DNA of 63,651 nucleotides, filler included, from Hyphochytrium catenoides (GCA_900088475.1; 11 parts of 11 records of this genome joined end to end with filler, not necessarily neighbours in it); one strand, 5' to 3'. Positions 1 through 12,680 are shown, numbered from the whole stretch's first letter. Numbers and translations: made by a program. Notes: generated by a model from the sequence alone, not told the origin.

Positions 1-700
1 CGACAAAGTTGTTTTGTAAGCCTAGCTATGAGGGCGCTGCCAGGAATGGTAGAAATGCAGTTCCTACTATACTGTATGCGCTTGGTTCGACCTGCGAACC
101 TTCTAACCATAGTTCTACCTGTACAACTCTTCATACAAACAGGTTGGTTGTCACTTGTCTTTGGATCTTCATTTCGTCTCCGAAAAGCCATGGCTGGCTT
201 GTATAGTAGTAGACCATGTGAAAAGAAGAGCTTTTGGAATAACAGCATGCAGGTCCAACGGTAATAATCCTTAGTTAGATCTACTCCCCAATAAATGATA
301 ACGCTATTCTCACCAAGAGCGGAGATTTCCCAATAGCACTGGGCACCGTCTAAACTGCCCATCATCGCTATGAATAATAAATGTCCTACGTACAGTTAGA
401 CGAACAACACCAAGCAGTGAACCAAGTACTTGTATAAGTAGTCGAAGCCAATCCGGACTTGTCCGTTCCCATACTTGAGAAAGAACAATATACACCACAC
501 ATATAAAGTAACATAGGATACTACGTCGTACAGGTTCAGAAAAGTAAAGGCCGCTATGAAGTTTAAATGCCCTTCCCGCGTGAAGAGAGTGCATAGTTCT
601 CCACCATACTGTAGAACTACAGCCGCGGCATTGCCGTCTGGGGAAGACGAGGCGCGGACCTGCTGCAGTGAACTGCTAGGGCCAGGATCTTGTCTCTTTC
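1..700 (-). pseudogene. Decayed multi-pass membrane protein fragment
   Basis: One minus-strand frame is open for ~230 codons apart from one TAA near 397. It reads ...NFIAAFTFLNLYDVVSYVTLYVWCILFFLKYG...LVHCLVLFV*LYVGHLLFIAMMGSLDG..., with several hydrophobic segments, and runs off the window edge. Confidence 0.3.
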
Positions 701-1059
701 ATCGTAGGTCTCCGCGACTCTGCTATAGCGCTTCACTAGCTGCATCTCACCCCTAATCCATTGCATAGTCCACCATCTATGTGCACCGTGGACAAGACCG
801 CTCTTGTTTATTGCCGATGCTTGACTAGCAAATGACCTGTGTCCAGGGCGGACATACACCTACACCTGCTATATTTAAGCGGAACTGAAGGCACGAAGAT
901 TCCCTTCATCGCTCTCTAGAGCTTGTTATCTAGCATCTGATAAAGCGCCAACACCCGCTAGTACTACGTTTTCGCTTGAAGCAGAGGAGCCGCCCGAGAC
1001 TGATGACACATCAGATACATCATAGCTTTTGTAGGCTGGCTCCTTGAGTGAGGCTCACA

Positions 1060-3661
1060 ATGGAGCCGTCCCTCAGTGCTTGGAGGATGCCCCTTGAACC
1101 AGACGCCTGGGACGCGGAGGTTTCCATGCCGTCCTCGGCCACCAGGACTGGAACTGCGGAGAAAGGTTCGATGACCGCGCTCTAGTACACTTTATTTAGA
1201 TACCTGGTCTAAATTTGCCTATCTCTCGCTCTCTTTTGCCGAAACAGTCATACCCTCACTGCCAGGGCAGCTTATACGTAAGTGGCACATATGTTATGCG
1301 AGAGTATTGTTGAGACGCTCATCCCGTGCTTTCCGTAGCTGAAGCAAATCCTCCTACCATGTCGTTCCTGAATGATCCAAACCCTCCGGATGCCTGGCTC
1401 GCTATTCAGGAGCAGTATGACGGTCCGGGGAACAATACGTCCAGCTTAATACTACCTGAGGACAGCTGCACCATGCAGATGGCTCTCAAACGTGTCATTG
1501 AACCTAACACCAGCACTATGGCCCCACCGGCAGAGCCTGCGAAGGTATATAGCATAAATAGCATAGTACTGACCCCTTAAGTCTGTGAATGGGTATCGTC
1601 ATTAACGCCTGTCACCCGCAGCAGATCCCTCCTTTAGGAGCTGGTAGGGCTCTGCAAGGTGAAGTCAATCGGCCCCTACGCCTTCTCTGCCGACATTGCT
1701 ATCAGCCCAAAGGGTGGTCCCTCCTAGTTGGTCCTGCAGCACCTGAAGACCAGTCCTGGGAGTGCACAGACTGCCACCATCGCTTACTCGACTCATCCAG
1801 CCCTAAGTGGACTGCAAAACAAGAAGCACAACTCGCGCACTACTTGGAGAAGACGGAGGGCTTGACACCACTGACTGCCACAAGCTACTTTCTCAATATT
1901 GGCAAGTTCTTGAGGGCCAAGACTGTGGGCCAGGTAAACAAATGTTCCGTCAATGTTGAAGTCCTCGCACCTAAACACTGTCCATAGATCAAACTTCACT
2001 ACCTTTTCTGGGTACGAAGAGGTAAAAACTTAGTCTCTCTTGGCGGAGTGCAAGGATTGGATCTCTCCAAGAAAGATGATTTCTCTGAAACAGGAAGGAT
2101 GTTAGCCAGTCACAGTTACCACGTCCTCCAGAGCCTGAGGTGAGCCTTCAGCGGATCGAGCATATTGGAATTGCATCCTAAGATTCTCTCTGCAGTTCTC
2201 CAAGGTTCGCTAAAGAGGGCGATCATGCGTGGAATACTTTCTTGAAGACCTTCAGGGAGAGCTTTACTGCCATCTTAGAAGCCGTAAGGAAACCCAGTCC
2301 AACGGAGCGATTAAGATCCAGCAAACGACAAACCCTTGCACGAAGTCATTCCAGCACCAAACTCGACAGTGCGCCGCGGAAGGTCGTCGCCTCCAAGCGT
2401 GAAAAGCAGCGGAGTCGCGCTAAGAAGGTCAGCTGTCTGGTGCAACTCGTTCCCATGGACAGAAAGGCCAAACAGAAAGTAGCAGATGCGGGTTGCTCGC
2501 CAAAAATTGAGATCCGAGTGTCGGTATGTTCTCTCCATTCCTCGTTAGTGTCTTGCGCATAGCACCAGAAAAGCTCTCTCTCTTTCTTCTTGAATCTCTC
2601 TCTTCTTTTCTCTTCTCTCTCTCTCTCTTTCCCTCAATCTTTTTTCCTTCCTCTCTCTTCTTGATGTCTAATCACTTGCATTTTTCTATGAACAGGCGTC
2701 GAAGACTATGGCGGAGCTCTATGAACATATGATGAAGAAGTGGAAAGCAGCGATTGTCTCGGAAGCCGACCAACTGCGCTTTGTTCCTCTAGGCGACCGG
2801 CTGCACCCTGGCTGGGGCGGGGACGACATCAGCGTCACTGTGGCTAGTCTCTTACAGATTCTTGCTGGTGCTCAATCCGCCAATCTGGCGGTAGAATCGC
2901 CTGTCATTGTGTTAGAGTACAGGTGGATCCATCTTGCGCCCGGAGAAATAGCCCATCGAGAGCTTGTCACTGCTTCACCCTCTCAGCCTGCATCTCCTCT
3001 TGCTGCTCAAGAGACAAGCCGGCAAGTGTCTCTGCCATTGCCCAGAAAGAAGAGGAAAATGCCTGAGTCCTCTCACTCTCAGGCATTTCCTCCAGCGCCT
3101 ACTTCTTCCTCCTGTGGCTCGGCTCGCAGCGGTCTCTCCCAGGGACCTGTCGCCACATACCAAAAGCCACTGCCAGCATTAGCTCTCGAAGGACCATCGA
3201 AGAGCTCCTTCGACGTGACCGCTTCCGTTCTCCCGTCTGGCCTTATTGGTAATGAGAGTACTTTAGGTGCACTTATTGGGGCCAACACATGCGACGCCAT
3301 TGCAACGGCTGCTGTTGTGGCTCATGCTGCCGACAGTCACTGCTTAGCGGGCAGTGAGGATCCTGTTACTCCTTCTCCAGACATCTCTCTTTTGTCAGAG
3401 CCTCTGTCCGTCGTAGACCCGGCCAATTCCCAACCGCCTTCCTTCCCAGATCCTTATACGACGCCTGAGCCGAACCCTGAAGCCAAGAAGTTGGTCACGG
3501 GTCCAGAGAGGACACCATTGGACACAATGACGGCTGCCCAGGGAAGAAAGAAGAGGAAACGGATCACGCCCGAACTGATTTCTCCAGGTTCCGCGCAGAA
3601 ACGAGAGCCGCCGAAGCCCATCCCGGCATCCAGCTTCGCTCACATTTTCAAGAAATGCTGA
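1060..3661 (+). CDS. Cramped/TKI1-like SANT-domain nuclear protein (multi-exon; 5' exons and one internal intron uncertain)
   Basis: SANT/Myb-like KWTAKQEAQLAHYL...GKFLRAKTVGQ|IKLHY is joined across a GT-AG intron ending at 1987. VQLVPMD...GCSPKIEIRVS|ASKTMAELYEHMMKKW resembles the conserved Cramped/TKI1 block. A low-complexity tail carries NLS-like RKKRK motifs. Confidence 0.5.
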
Positions 3662-4491
3662 CAGGCTCGCTTTCCTTTCTTAGACGTTCCTCTACTGTTA
3701 CGGACATATATTAATATTTATAGAGCAGATGCCGCACCTGCTTCCCCTTCCTACATCTGTCACCTTCCGCCGTCCACCTCCGCATGACAGTCTGATAAGG
3801 ATAAGGATACTGCGTGGTAGGTGCCCAGAGCTTTCCGGAAGCGTTCTCATAATGATAGGGAAACAGTGAGCCTGACACCTGTATGGAAACGTCGGAGTGC
3901 GACTGAGGGTGACGTTGATAAAGCTGGCGCCTCACATCCACTCGTCCAGGACAGACCATGGCCGCAAGCAAATGTCCCGAAAGGGAACAAAAGCTTTGCG
4001 GCCCGCCTGTGAGAACGGCTCAGGAGGTTAGGCTCGCTCCTTGCAAACCGAAAGTGATTCCCAACGGTGCCTTGTGCTACTGGCGGAGACCTTTCTCTGT
4101 CAAGAGGATGGCACCAAGATGTGAGGCTATAGCTTCGACGAAGTTCCTTGTGGCAGGCTAGGAGCTTCTTGCACTGCAGGAGAGGCATTAGAGCCGCCGC
4201 GTCCGCCCCGATAAGCTCTCCTCTTCCACATGCTTTGAAGATCTCTGGATGTCTGAGGGAAGCATGGAGACGGGCGGACGATGACTCTTCACAGCAGTTC
4301 CGATCAGAAAAACCAGTACTAGATCAATAAGCTCTAGTTATCATACCAGAGTGATTCTTGTGATGTAGTTCTATTGCTTCCTGTCTTCTGCTGTCTCCTG
4401 TCGGTGAAAGCTGGGAAAGGGATCTTCAGGCCTGACATTGGGGAAGTGCAGGCGATTGAGGGCAGCAGCTGCTGAAGCTTCAGCGATGTGT

Positions 4492-4757
4492 GACAGGACA
4501 GGCCGCAGACAGGAAGCAGACAGGCCGCAGACAGGAAGCAGACAGGCCGCAGACAGGCCGCAGACAGGCCGCAGACAGGCCGCGGACAGGCAGTAGACAG
4601 GCCGCAGACGGGCAGCCGACAGGAAGCGGACAGGCAGCAGACGGGCAGCCGACAGGCAGCGGACAGGCAGTAGACAGGCAGTAGACAGGAAGCAGACAGG
4701 CAGTAGACAGGCAGTAGACAGGCAGCAGACAGGCAGCAAAGAGGCAGAAGACAGGCA
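4492..4757. repeat. 11-nt minisatellite (consensus GCAGACAGGC[A/C]), ~23 copies
   Basis: Directly visible tandem units GCAGACAGGCC / GCAGACAGGAA / GTAGACAGGCA. Confidence 0.95.
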
Positions 4758-5183
4758 TCATTATCATTGATCGGTAGGCTGTGCGGAGCAAGGTCGGAAA
4801 GAGAGATTGACTGCCCGTAGTTAGTAGAGAACTCTAGCATGTTGACCGGGGACAAGACCAACCGACTTGAGCTCAGCGCGAAGCTTTCTCATAATAGGAC
4901 CGAAGACCTCTAAGATTCAGTGACACGCTCCGTCCGGCAAGCACGTGATCGTGTCTTAGGAGGGGTGAAAGGCGATCAACATCTATCCTGCTCCCTCTGA
5001 TCTTCCTTTCCGCTGCTGGAGACAGAAAGTGAAGGACGACAGAGGCAATTTTAAGGGCCCACTGCTGAAGCAGGAGACACTCGACAGCGCTCTCCTCTCT
5101 CCACTCTACTGCTAAGCTTAGAAAGGAGTATCACTGTTCTGCTATCAGGCGCTGTGAAGAGATTAAGGCTCCCAGCAGGGGCA

Positions 5184-6188
5184 ATGATGAGGGCCTCGGG
5201 AGAGCCGAGGAATGGCAATAAGAATGGAGCCGGCTATGGCACATTCGACCACATCCACCAGGTTAGTCTTGTGCAGCAGTAGGCGATTGCAATCATCTGA
5301 ATCAAATTTTTATCTCTTCTCCTTAACGTCATCGCTCTCTCTCTCTGCTCTCTTCTCTCTCTCTCTCTCTCACTTTCTCTCCCGTCTGCATCTTTCTCTC
5401 CCGCGCTCAGTCAATGCAGGAGCTGGAGGAGACAAACAGAATTATCACGGAATCCAAGCGTGAGCTTGCTGATGTGGATTCTTTGGGGCGAGAGGTGCTG
5501 AGAGACGTTCATGATCAAGGACAACAGCTCCGGACGGCCCATAGAGATGTCAAAGACACGCATTCCATCCTGGACAGCTCACGGAAGGCAATAAAAAAGA
5601 TGGGAAGCTCCTCTAGAACGAACGTGGTAAGGTTCATCTAGATTTAAGCAACGTCTGGGCAGAAGCATCTCGGATGACCCAGTCTCTCTCTCATCTCCCT
5701 CTCCCTAAACTGTTGGCACTTCTGCCTTTGCTTATGATTTTGCGAGCATATACTTCCACATCGAGCGTTTCCTCCCTCGTTGGCTTCTTGGCTGTTCCTT
5801 CATTTCAAGTCCATTGCGCAAGCAGACCCTGCAGCTCGTTCCTTTCGTCTCTCTGAGTTCTGCTCATGGTCCGTGGTGCTTAGCAATGGGGCATTTCTTT
5901 CAGAATGCGTTCTGGCCCATTCTTTAATGCACTCTCCACCTGTGTCTCCTGTCCCTTTCTCCTGAGTTGTCTCTCTCCGTTCTAACTCTCCTTCGTCCCC
6001 ACCCCTTCTCTCTCTGTGTCTTTACTTCTGTCTCTCTCTCTCTCNNNNNNNNNNNNNNNNNNNNNNNNNNNNNNNNNNNNTCCGCGGCTCGGCTCGGCTC
6101 CCGCTTTCTCTAGGCGCTGCTATGGGCGATTATTATTGCTTTGTCTATCGCTGACATCCTGGTTTTCTATTATTTGTTTTTGAAATGA
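5184..6188 (+). CDS. Short Qb-SNARE (Vti1-like), 3 exons, ~119 aa
   Basis: Exons 5184-5261, 5420-5626 and 6114-6188 join in phase 0 with GT-AG. The SNARE helix is ELADVDSLGREVLRDVHDQGQQLRTAHRDVKDT and the C-terminal TM segment is ALLWAIIIALSIADILVFYYLFLK*. Confidence 0.75.
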
Positions 6189-6255
6189 GAACCACCCGAT
6201 TGTGTACAAAGCGCTCCTCCTCGCCTGCCTCCGGCTGGACCCTTAGGGCTCTGTT

Positions 6256-7484
6256 TTACAACTCAGTGAACTGACCGCTTGAGGGCTGGCCTGTCCCGGA
6301 ACCTGTAGCTCCTTCGGCGCAGCGGCAGAAAGCTTTGTCCCGCCGACAGCGTCTGCATTGTACGCCAGCGCCCTGTGGGTCGAGGATGAGCCCCCAAGTC
6401 AAAGTGTCAGACAGAGAACAGGAAGACACAGAGAGTACGAGAAGAGCAGCGAACCAACGGCACCTGAGTCCTTTCCCTTCTCATATCCGCTTGCTCTGTG
6501 GGAATCTGCGCATCCGTTACTTCCTCTACCACCTGATCTTCACCTTCCAAAGGACGGAAGAGATCCAACAAAATTCTAGTCATAGCTTCATCTAAGCCTA
6601 GCTCTGTTATGGCCGCCCTGGGAATGCACGAGAGAGAGAGAGAGGGAGAGAGAGAGAGAGGGAGAGAGAGCTGTGAGTCAATAAACTTACGGACGCTTTG
6701 ATCTATTTCTCCTCCGTCATTCTCCCCTACCTCCTACTCTCGGGCTTGATGGCGAGGCTAGGAAGATCCTCAAGGAGAGCGAGAACCAAGATCAATGCGA
6801 CAGAGTCCCACTACATAAGGATTCAAAAATTAGTCACAGATCCGCTCTGTAGTTAAACCACGCTCTATCTGCATCCCAACGATTTACTGCCTCCTTGCTC
6901 ATCGATAACTTGAGCAGGATAACTCTACCGTCGGGTGTCCTCTCCTCTCGTCTCTCTCTGTCATTCTCTTTCTCTCGCTCTCTCCACTCTCTCGCTGCCT
7001 CCCCCTCACTTTCGCTTTTGAACTCTCTATTTTCCGAGCTTTCCCGGTACAGAAGACTTCCTGGGCTTGTAGTTCTGTTGGCATCTCATCTCCAGCCCCT
7101 GTTCTTGACCCAATAGTTAACCTGTCTGCAGAGCGGCCCCCTCCAGGCGCTCCACGACTCTCATCTATCATTTCCATGCAGGACCGCCTTACAATGTCTC
7201 CCACATTTGCTTCTCACCAGATCAGATGTATTTCCTGGCAATGGTCTTGTGAGCTTGAAGGTCTGAATAAGCCGTCGAAGGTCATTCTGCACAACGCTGG
7301 CCGCAATCCCTAGCTTACTAGCCAGGGTCTAAGACGACAAAAAGTGAAGAGGCGAGGAGAGGGAAACAATGTCTTAAGACCCGAGCTCGGTGGTCAGAGG
7401 GACGAGGCCCGCAAAGGATACAATCCTGCGAAACACGTGGCCTGGACACGGTCCTATTGCTGAAAGCGTCTGTCAGTTCCGGCC

Positions 7485-7523
<39 letters not shown>

Positions 7524-9776
7524 TTTGCGCTTTCTCTCTCTTCTCTCTCCCTATCTCTCTTGGCTTTTCATCTGTCGTTGGCAACAAGCGGGACACGTCG
7601 TGTGCCCTTTCTCTCTTTCTTACCGGCAATCGAGAGCCCATAATCCCTTCGAACACTTCCAGGCGCTTGGCCATTGGGCTTGCTGGCAGGCTGATCCTCT
7701 CAGGGATAGACTTCCATCCGCTCTGGGGCTGAGTGGGGCCGCTCCTCTTTGTGGTCCCACTAAGGTCTTGGCGCCGCCGCTCACTCCACTGCCGAGTATG
7801 GGGAGTGACCCAGGTCGAGAGTTGGTCCCATAGCTGGGCAAAGAGGGAAACAGGATTTTCGTCATCTTCTTCCTCTTCCTCTTCTTCCTCTGTATCCTCA
7901 TCAGCGTAATCCAGATTTGCTTCTATACCTCTTTGTACTTCTTCCTTAATCTTTGACTCAGCCTCCCCAAGCGGCAGAAACAAAGGTCGGAGATCCAGCG
8001 GAGGGGAGGGCATCGGAAGATCCGTGGATTCTTTAGTTTGATCCTCTGAGGGAGTGATGTTCTTCTCAACAATTTTGAGCTTCGGTGGAAGATTTGAGCA
8101 GGCGGCAGGATCTGCAATAAGCGTCTCTCCGCGCTGGGGCAGCTCCGGTGGTCGCTCTACCACTCTGCCCTCTCCTCCTCCTGTTGCCCACCGCTGCCTG
8201 ACAGTCTGTGCTTCTGTTCGAGGCCTTGGCTTTTCTCCTCGACCCAATCCTGAACGGAAACGAGACGGCTTCTTCCCACGTGGTGGTGCACTACCTTCCT
8301 CGTCCTTTATGGCGTCCTTCTTCGGTCCACTCTCAATGCTAGCTTTGAAGGAAAGCTGAGCAGCTAGGTCCTCGGTCTTAGGAGAAGACGGTGGAGGAGG
8401 CTCTTTTGGGGACTCTAGAGCTTGGCGCTCTCTTTCCTTCTCTTCTCTCTTGAAATAGTCCTTGGACCAGCTCACGAACTCCTCTCTCTTCTTCTTTTGC
8501 TCTTCGCTGTTCTCATCATCGTCGTCCTTTGTCTCCACGCTCTCTTGCTTACCAACCCCCGATATTCTCCCCTCTGTCTCCGTTGAAGGAACAAGAAGCT
8601 CAAGACCACTGGGTAGACTCAGATTGTAGCGCGCCAGGACTTCTTCTACCGGCGGTCTCAGGGCGAAAGGAGTCGTCAGCAACGTTCTTCGAAACTTCAG
8701 ACTGTCCTGCAAGTGAGCCCAAATGCTACTTAGAGACAAGTATGCTCAAGCCAAGGAAGAGTAAAGAATCAATAGAGCAGTTGCGAGAAGAGAGAGAAAG
8801 ACTAAAGCAAGCTACCGGCAAAGAAGCGTCAGCCGTCGTGTTCAAAGAGAACGAAAGAGAAGGAAGGGGCAGTAAACGCGGTGGACGAGGGGACAGCATT
8901 GTTAAGTGTTCTACGAGAGGAGAATTCCAACCTCATAGCAAGCTGTGGAGCAGAAGCTGTTCTCTGGCAAGTGTTCCCATTCCACGATCTTTCTCTGGGC
9001 GGGCCGAAGCTTCACCTTGCTGGACGGACGTCTATAGAGGAGCAGAGACAGTTAAAGACAGGTGTCAGGCAGAGCAAAACAGAGAGAAGAAAGCGAGAAG
9101 ACGAGCGACGGAATAGAGAAGAAAGCTGCCAGCCTACCGCTCAGGAAGAGAATTGCAGCACTGCGGGAAGCCACAAGTCTGAGACACCCGCCGTTCGTCC
9201 ACGATTTGATCGTACGCCGCAGGCTGCCCCATAACGCGACAACGAGAGGACATCGCAGGGCACAGCCGGATACCGGCAGGACAGTCGCAGGTATGTTAGA
9301 CAAAGCTGAAACGATAGCGCTACACAGGTCCAAAGACTCAGCAAAGATTGGATAGCATGAAAAGTCAACAACCGCCTTTGTGGCTGGGACTTACCGTCAA
9401 GAGCTCTCGACAGGCTCGCATAAGCGGCTCGGATGCCGTCTCTGAAGATAGAAGTGCCTGCACACGAAAGATCTGCAAGGAAAAAGCGTAGCTGCGCTTA
9501 GCAAGAGGCATGACAGAGATTGATCGGCGACCTATGACATTGCATGGACAAAGACGAGGAAGAGTAATCTGGGACCCTTCAAGGGAAGGATCTCTTCGAC
9601 AAGGATAGACACGAGTTCAAAAGGTCGTAAGCCTGTCTTATGGCTGTTACCTCCCATTCCCTCTTAAGGTTGCTCTGCAGTACGGCGCGATCCGTCGCCT
9701 TGGCCCCTCTCGTTCTGTTAGCGCCAGCCCCTTTCTTAGCCTTGGCTGCCTTTACAGGCATACCAGGTTGGGCCAT
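6256..9776 (-). CDS. RPAP2: RNA polymerase II-associated protein 2 / Rtr1 CTD phosphatase homolog (multi-exon)
   Basis: Spliced exons give AYDQIVDERRVSQTCGFPQCCNSL and ENSFCSTACYE, the RTR1-type zinc finger. A long acidic middle exon includes SLFAQLWDQLSTWVT. The last exon ends ...QFTEL* at 6256. The 3' exon structure is less certain. Confidence 0.8.
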
Positions 9777-10361
9777 CTTGAGAGAAGGAGCTGACAGTAA
9801 TTGTCTGCCTTGCCTCTATCTAACAGAGCTACAATCGGCAGTTACTTGCATGTCAAGGCCAGGTGGGCATCTTGTATAAGAACTCTTTAAGGGCTCAGTC
9901 CAACTGCAGACCTTCTTATCCCATTGCATCAGAGGAGGTCTGGCTTGTCTAGAGACATCCGACGGCCGTCGTTTTGATGAAACAACAAATTTTTGGCCTC
10001 AAAAGAGTGTCAATAGCGCGCTGTTATAGCCGGCGGACTGCTGCTCACGCTGAAAGGCCCGTATTTTTTTCGCTAGCCAGAGGTCTAAGGGTCTCCCCAG
10101 CGGCAGAGACGGAGCTCCCAGATCGCATTCTGAAGCTTTTCCGATGAGGCCGCGCGGAGGATGGATTCGCATGTTTCTGATCACCAACAGCCCCACACCA
10201 TGCCATAACGCCATAACATGATGATCCAGAATAGTAATGCTGCCAGAGAGGGAATAAGGTGTTTTTATTCCCGATCTGGGTTCATGATGTCTTTTCATGT
10301 TCCACTTTCTCAGTCTTTCCCTTCAGAAGATTCTTCTTTCCGCCTCCCTGTTCACAAAGGC

Positions 10362-10393
<32 letters not shown>

Positions 10394-10442
10394 NNNNNNN
10401 NNNNTCTCTCTCTTTCTAGCTCTCTTTATCTCTCACGCTCAG

Positions 10443-10478
<36 letters not shown>

Positions 10479-10727
10479 CGCTACCTCTTTCTCCCCTTTT
10501 CTCTCATCTATCTTTCTCTATTCCTCGCTTCATCTTCTCATTCGTCTCTCCTTCTCCGCTGAGTACCTTCTCTTCTCATCCTTTCGCCCATTGCTCATCG
10601 CCCTTCTGACTCAAGGCGCAGAATTTCCCGCATCCCCAGGCAGAACTCCACACTCTGACATCCGCAGATCTGCTGCATTAGGCGACAAACGAGAGAGAGA
10701 GGCGAGAGCGAGAAACAATAGGAAGTC

Positions 10728-11113
10728 ATGGCAAGATCTCAGCGCCCCCGCGTGTCTCCGCTGCTGGTCCTCAGTGTGTTCCTGCTTCTGGAGCTGGTCC
10801 TGGCTGAAGATCTCTTCCCTGACTTTAGCTCTTCATGCAAGAACATCACTTCCTGCAGCGAATGCGCCAACACGACCGGCTGCCACTTCTGTGCTAAGGA
10901 CCGGAGATGCCACCGTGTTGGCTCCGTGTTTGGCTGCGTGGTTGGCATGGACTGTGTAGAAGGTGAGGAACTCTAGATCGAGGAGAGAGAGAGAGAGAAA
11001 GAGAGGCAAATGCAATAATCAAGGAAGAGTCAATCCCTGGAATGCAGCAGGGACAGACGAGCAGAGACAGTGGGGAAGGAGGGATACAGAGAGCAGAATG
11101 AAAGAAAAATAGA

Positions 11114-11163
<50 letters not shown>

Positions 11164-12680
11164 TGACTTAAGACAAGGGTCTCACCATGATCCCGTATCT
11201 GCAGAATGTGCCAGGAAGGAGCCAAAGTTCGTCGGCTATGGCACTCCTCCCATGACAGAGCTAATCGCTGTGGTGAGCCTGGGCCTTACCATCCTGCTCT
11301 CCTGCTGCGCCTGCGCCATGTGCTTGAACTACTGCCGCCGCTCGCGCGGAAGGCGATCCTATGAGGTCCGAGAGCTGGAATCCTTCGATAACGAAGAGGC
11401 AAGAGAGGCGCTGCTAAAGAGTCCTGCGGCGGGAACCTCAGAGAATGTCTTCGTAGTGGAGCGAGCTGCGAAGAAGTCTAGGTGAGACAATAGGAGCTGT
11501 CAGAGGCGGAGGGACGTTGGCCTGTGAGACGTAGAGAGAGAAGGGTAAAGGAGAGAAAGAAAGAGAGACGGTGCGGTCAAAGATGGAGGAAGAGAATACT
11601 GTGTGAACTAGTGAGGAGCTAGATATCCTCATTAGCCTTTGCTCTTTGTTTCGTCAGATTCTCCTGGGGCAAGCTGGTCTTCGGTCTCTTTGCGGTTCTC
11701 TTGGCTGGCGGCATCACCGTGAGTCTGCCCTCTGCTGTCCATCCCAGCTGTCCATCCCACGTCTCTTTCAATGGCGTCCACGAGGACTGTCTGTCTGCCT
11801 TCCTCTTTCCTAGGAGCTCTCATTCTCTAGTTCTTTCCCTTCTTTGGACCGATGACCTTCTCGCCTGATGAGGGCCAGCACTGACCCCCTCTTTCAACTC
11901 CACAAAGGCCCTTGGAGTGCTCTACTCTCCGCAGATCCCAGTCCAGAATGTATGCAACCGCGCAGTAAGTCAGACATAACTCTGCCCGCCGGTGATGCGT
12001 ATCACATCTCACTGACGTCTCTGTCTCGTTTATTATGGAACCAGCTGGACATCACCTCTGTGTGGGAAACGATCACGGACCTGAGCTTTGACTACAAAGT
12101 GCTGGTTAGCACCTACAACCCGAACAGACTGAGCTTCGTGCTGCAGGAGGCCAACGTCACCTTCGGTCACAACGGGAGCGAGGTCGGCTATTGGTACACC
12201 AACGACACCTGGGTAGCCCAGGCGGGATCAATCTCCGATGTACGATAAGAGGACGAGGAGCTGGTTTGCAGGCCTGATTGAATCTTTTGTCTTCTCGGTT
12301 CTAGTCTTCTTCGGCTCCGTCTCTTCTCTAACCCTCGTACCTTGCTCAATTGATAGGTGCTAGTGACCGCGCACTTTAAACTGAAGTCACTTGGTGAGGC
12401 GAAGGATATGTACTCAGACTTCAAAGCCAACAGGCTATGGCTGGATATTAACGCAACGGTGCGAGGATACATCGAGGCGGGCTCTACCCCGGTACGACCA
12501 TTAGCTATTCTTTCTCCTCTCCCAACAGCCCGTGTCTATTCTCTCCGTCTGGTTCCTAGGGGCTAAGCTAACCTGGCTTCCTACCTCTAGATCTACTACC
12601 TGGGCTTTAAGGCGCCTTCTGTCCGCATTAGAGTCGGAGCGGATGCTCCACGCGATCTCTGCAATTGTCCTTGGGCATAA
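10728..12680 (+). CDS. Signal peptide + PSI-like Cys domain + two TM helices + LEA_2/WHy-like domain membrane protein
   Basis: Signal peptide, then CKNITSCSECANTTGCHFCAKDRRCH (PSI pattern). TM1 is ELIAVVSLGLTILLSCC and TM2 is LVFGLFAVLLAGGIT|ALGVLYSP. VSTYNPNRLSFVLQEANVTFGHNGSEVG matches LEA_2. Stop at 12680; exons splice in frame. Confidence 0.65.

Noticed and set aside
4334-4861. Cys-rich ORFs (metallothionein-like) or a CRISPR-like array
   Set aside because: These are translations of the 11-nt minisatellite. There are no unique spacers and no cas genes.
9961-9975. Similarity to the M13 forward primer (AAAACGACGGCC)
   Set aside because: Only a 12-nt match with no flanking vector sequence.
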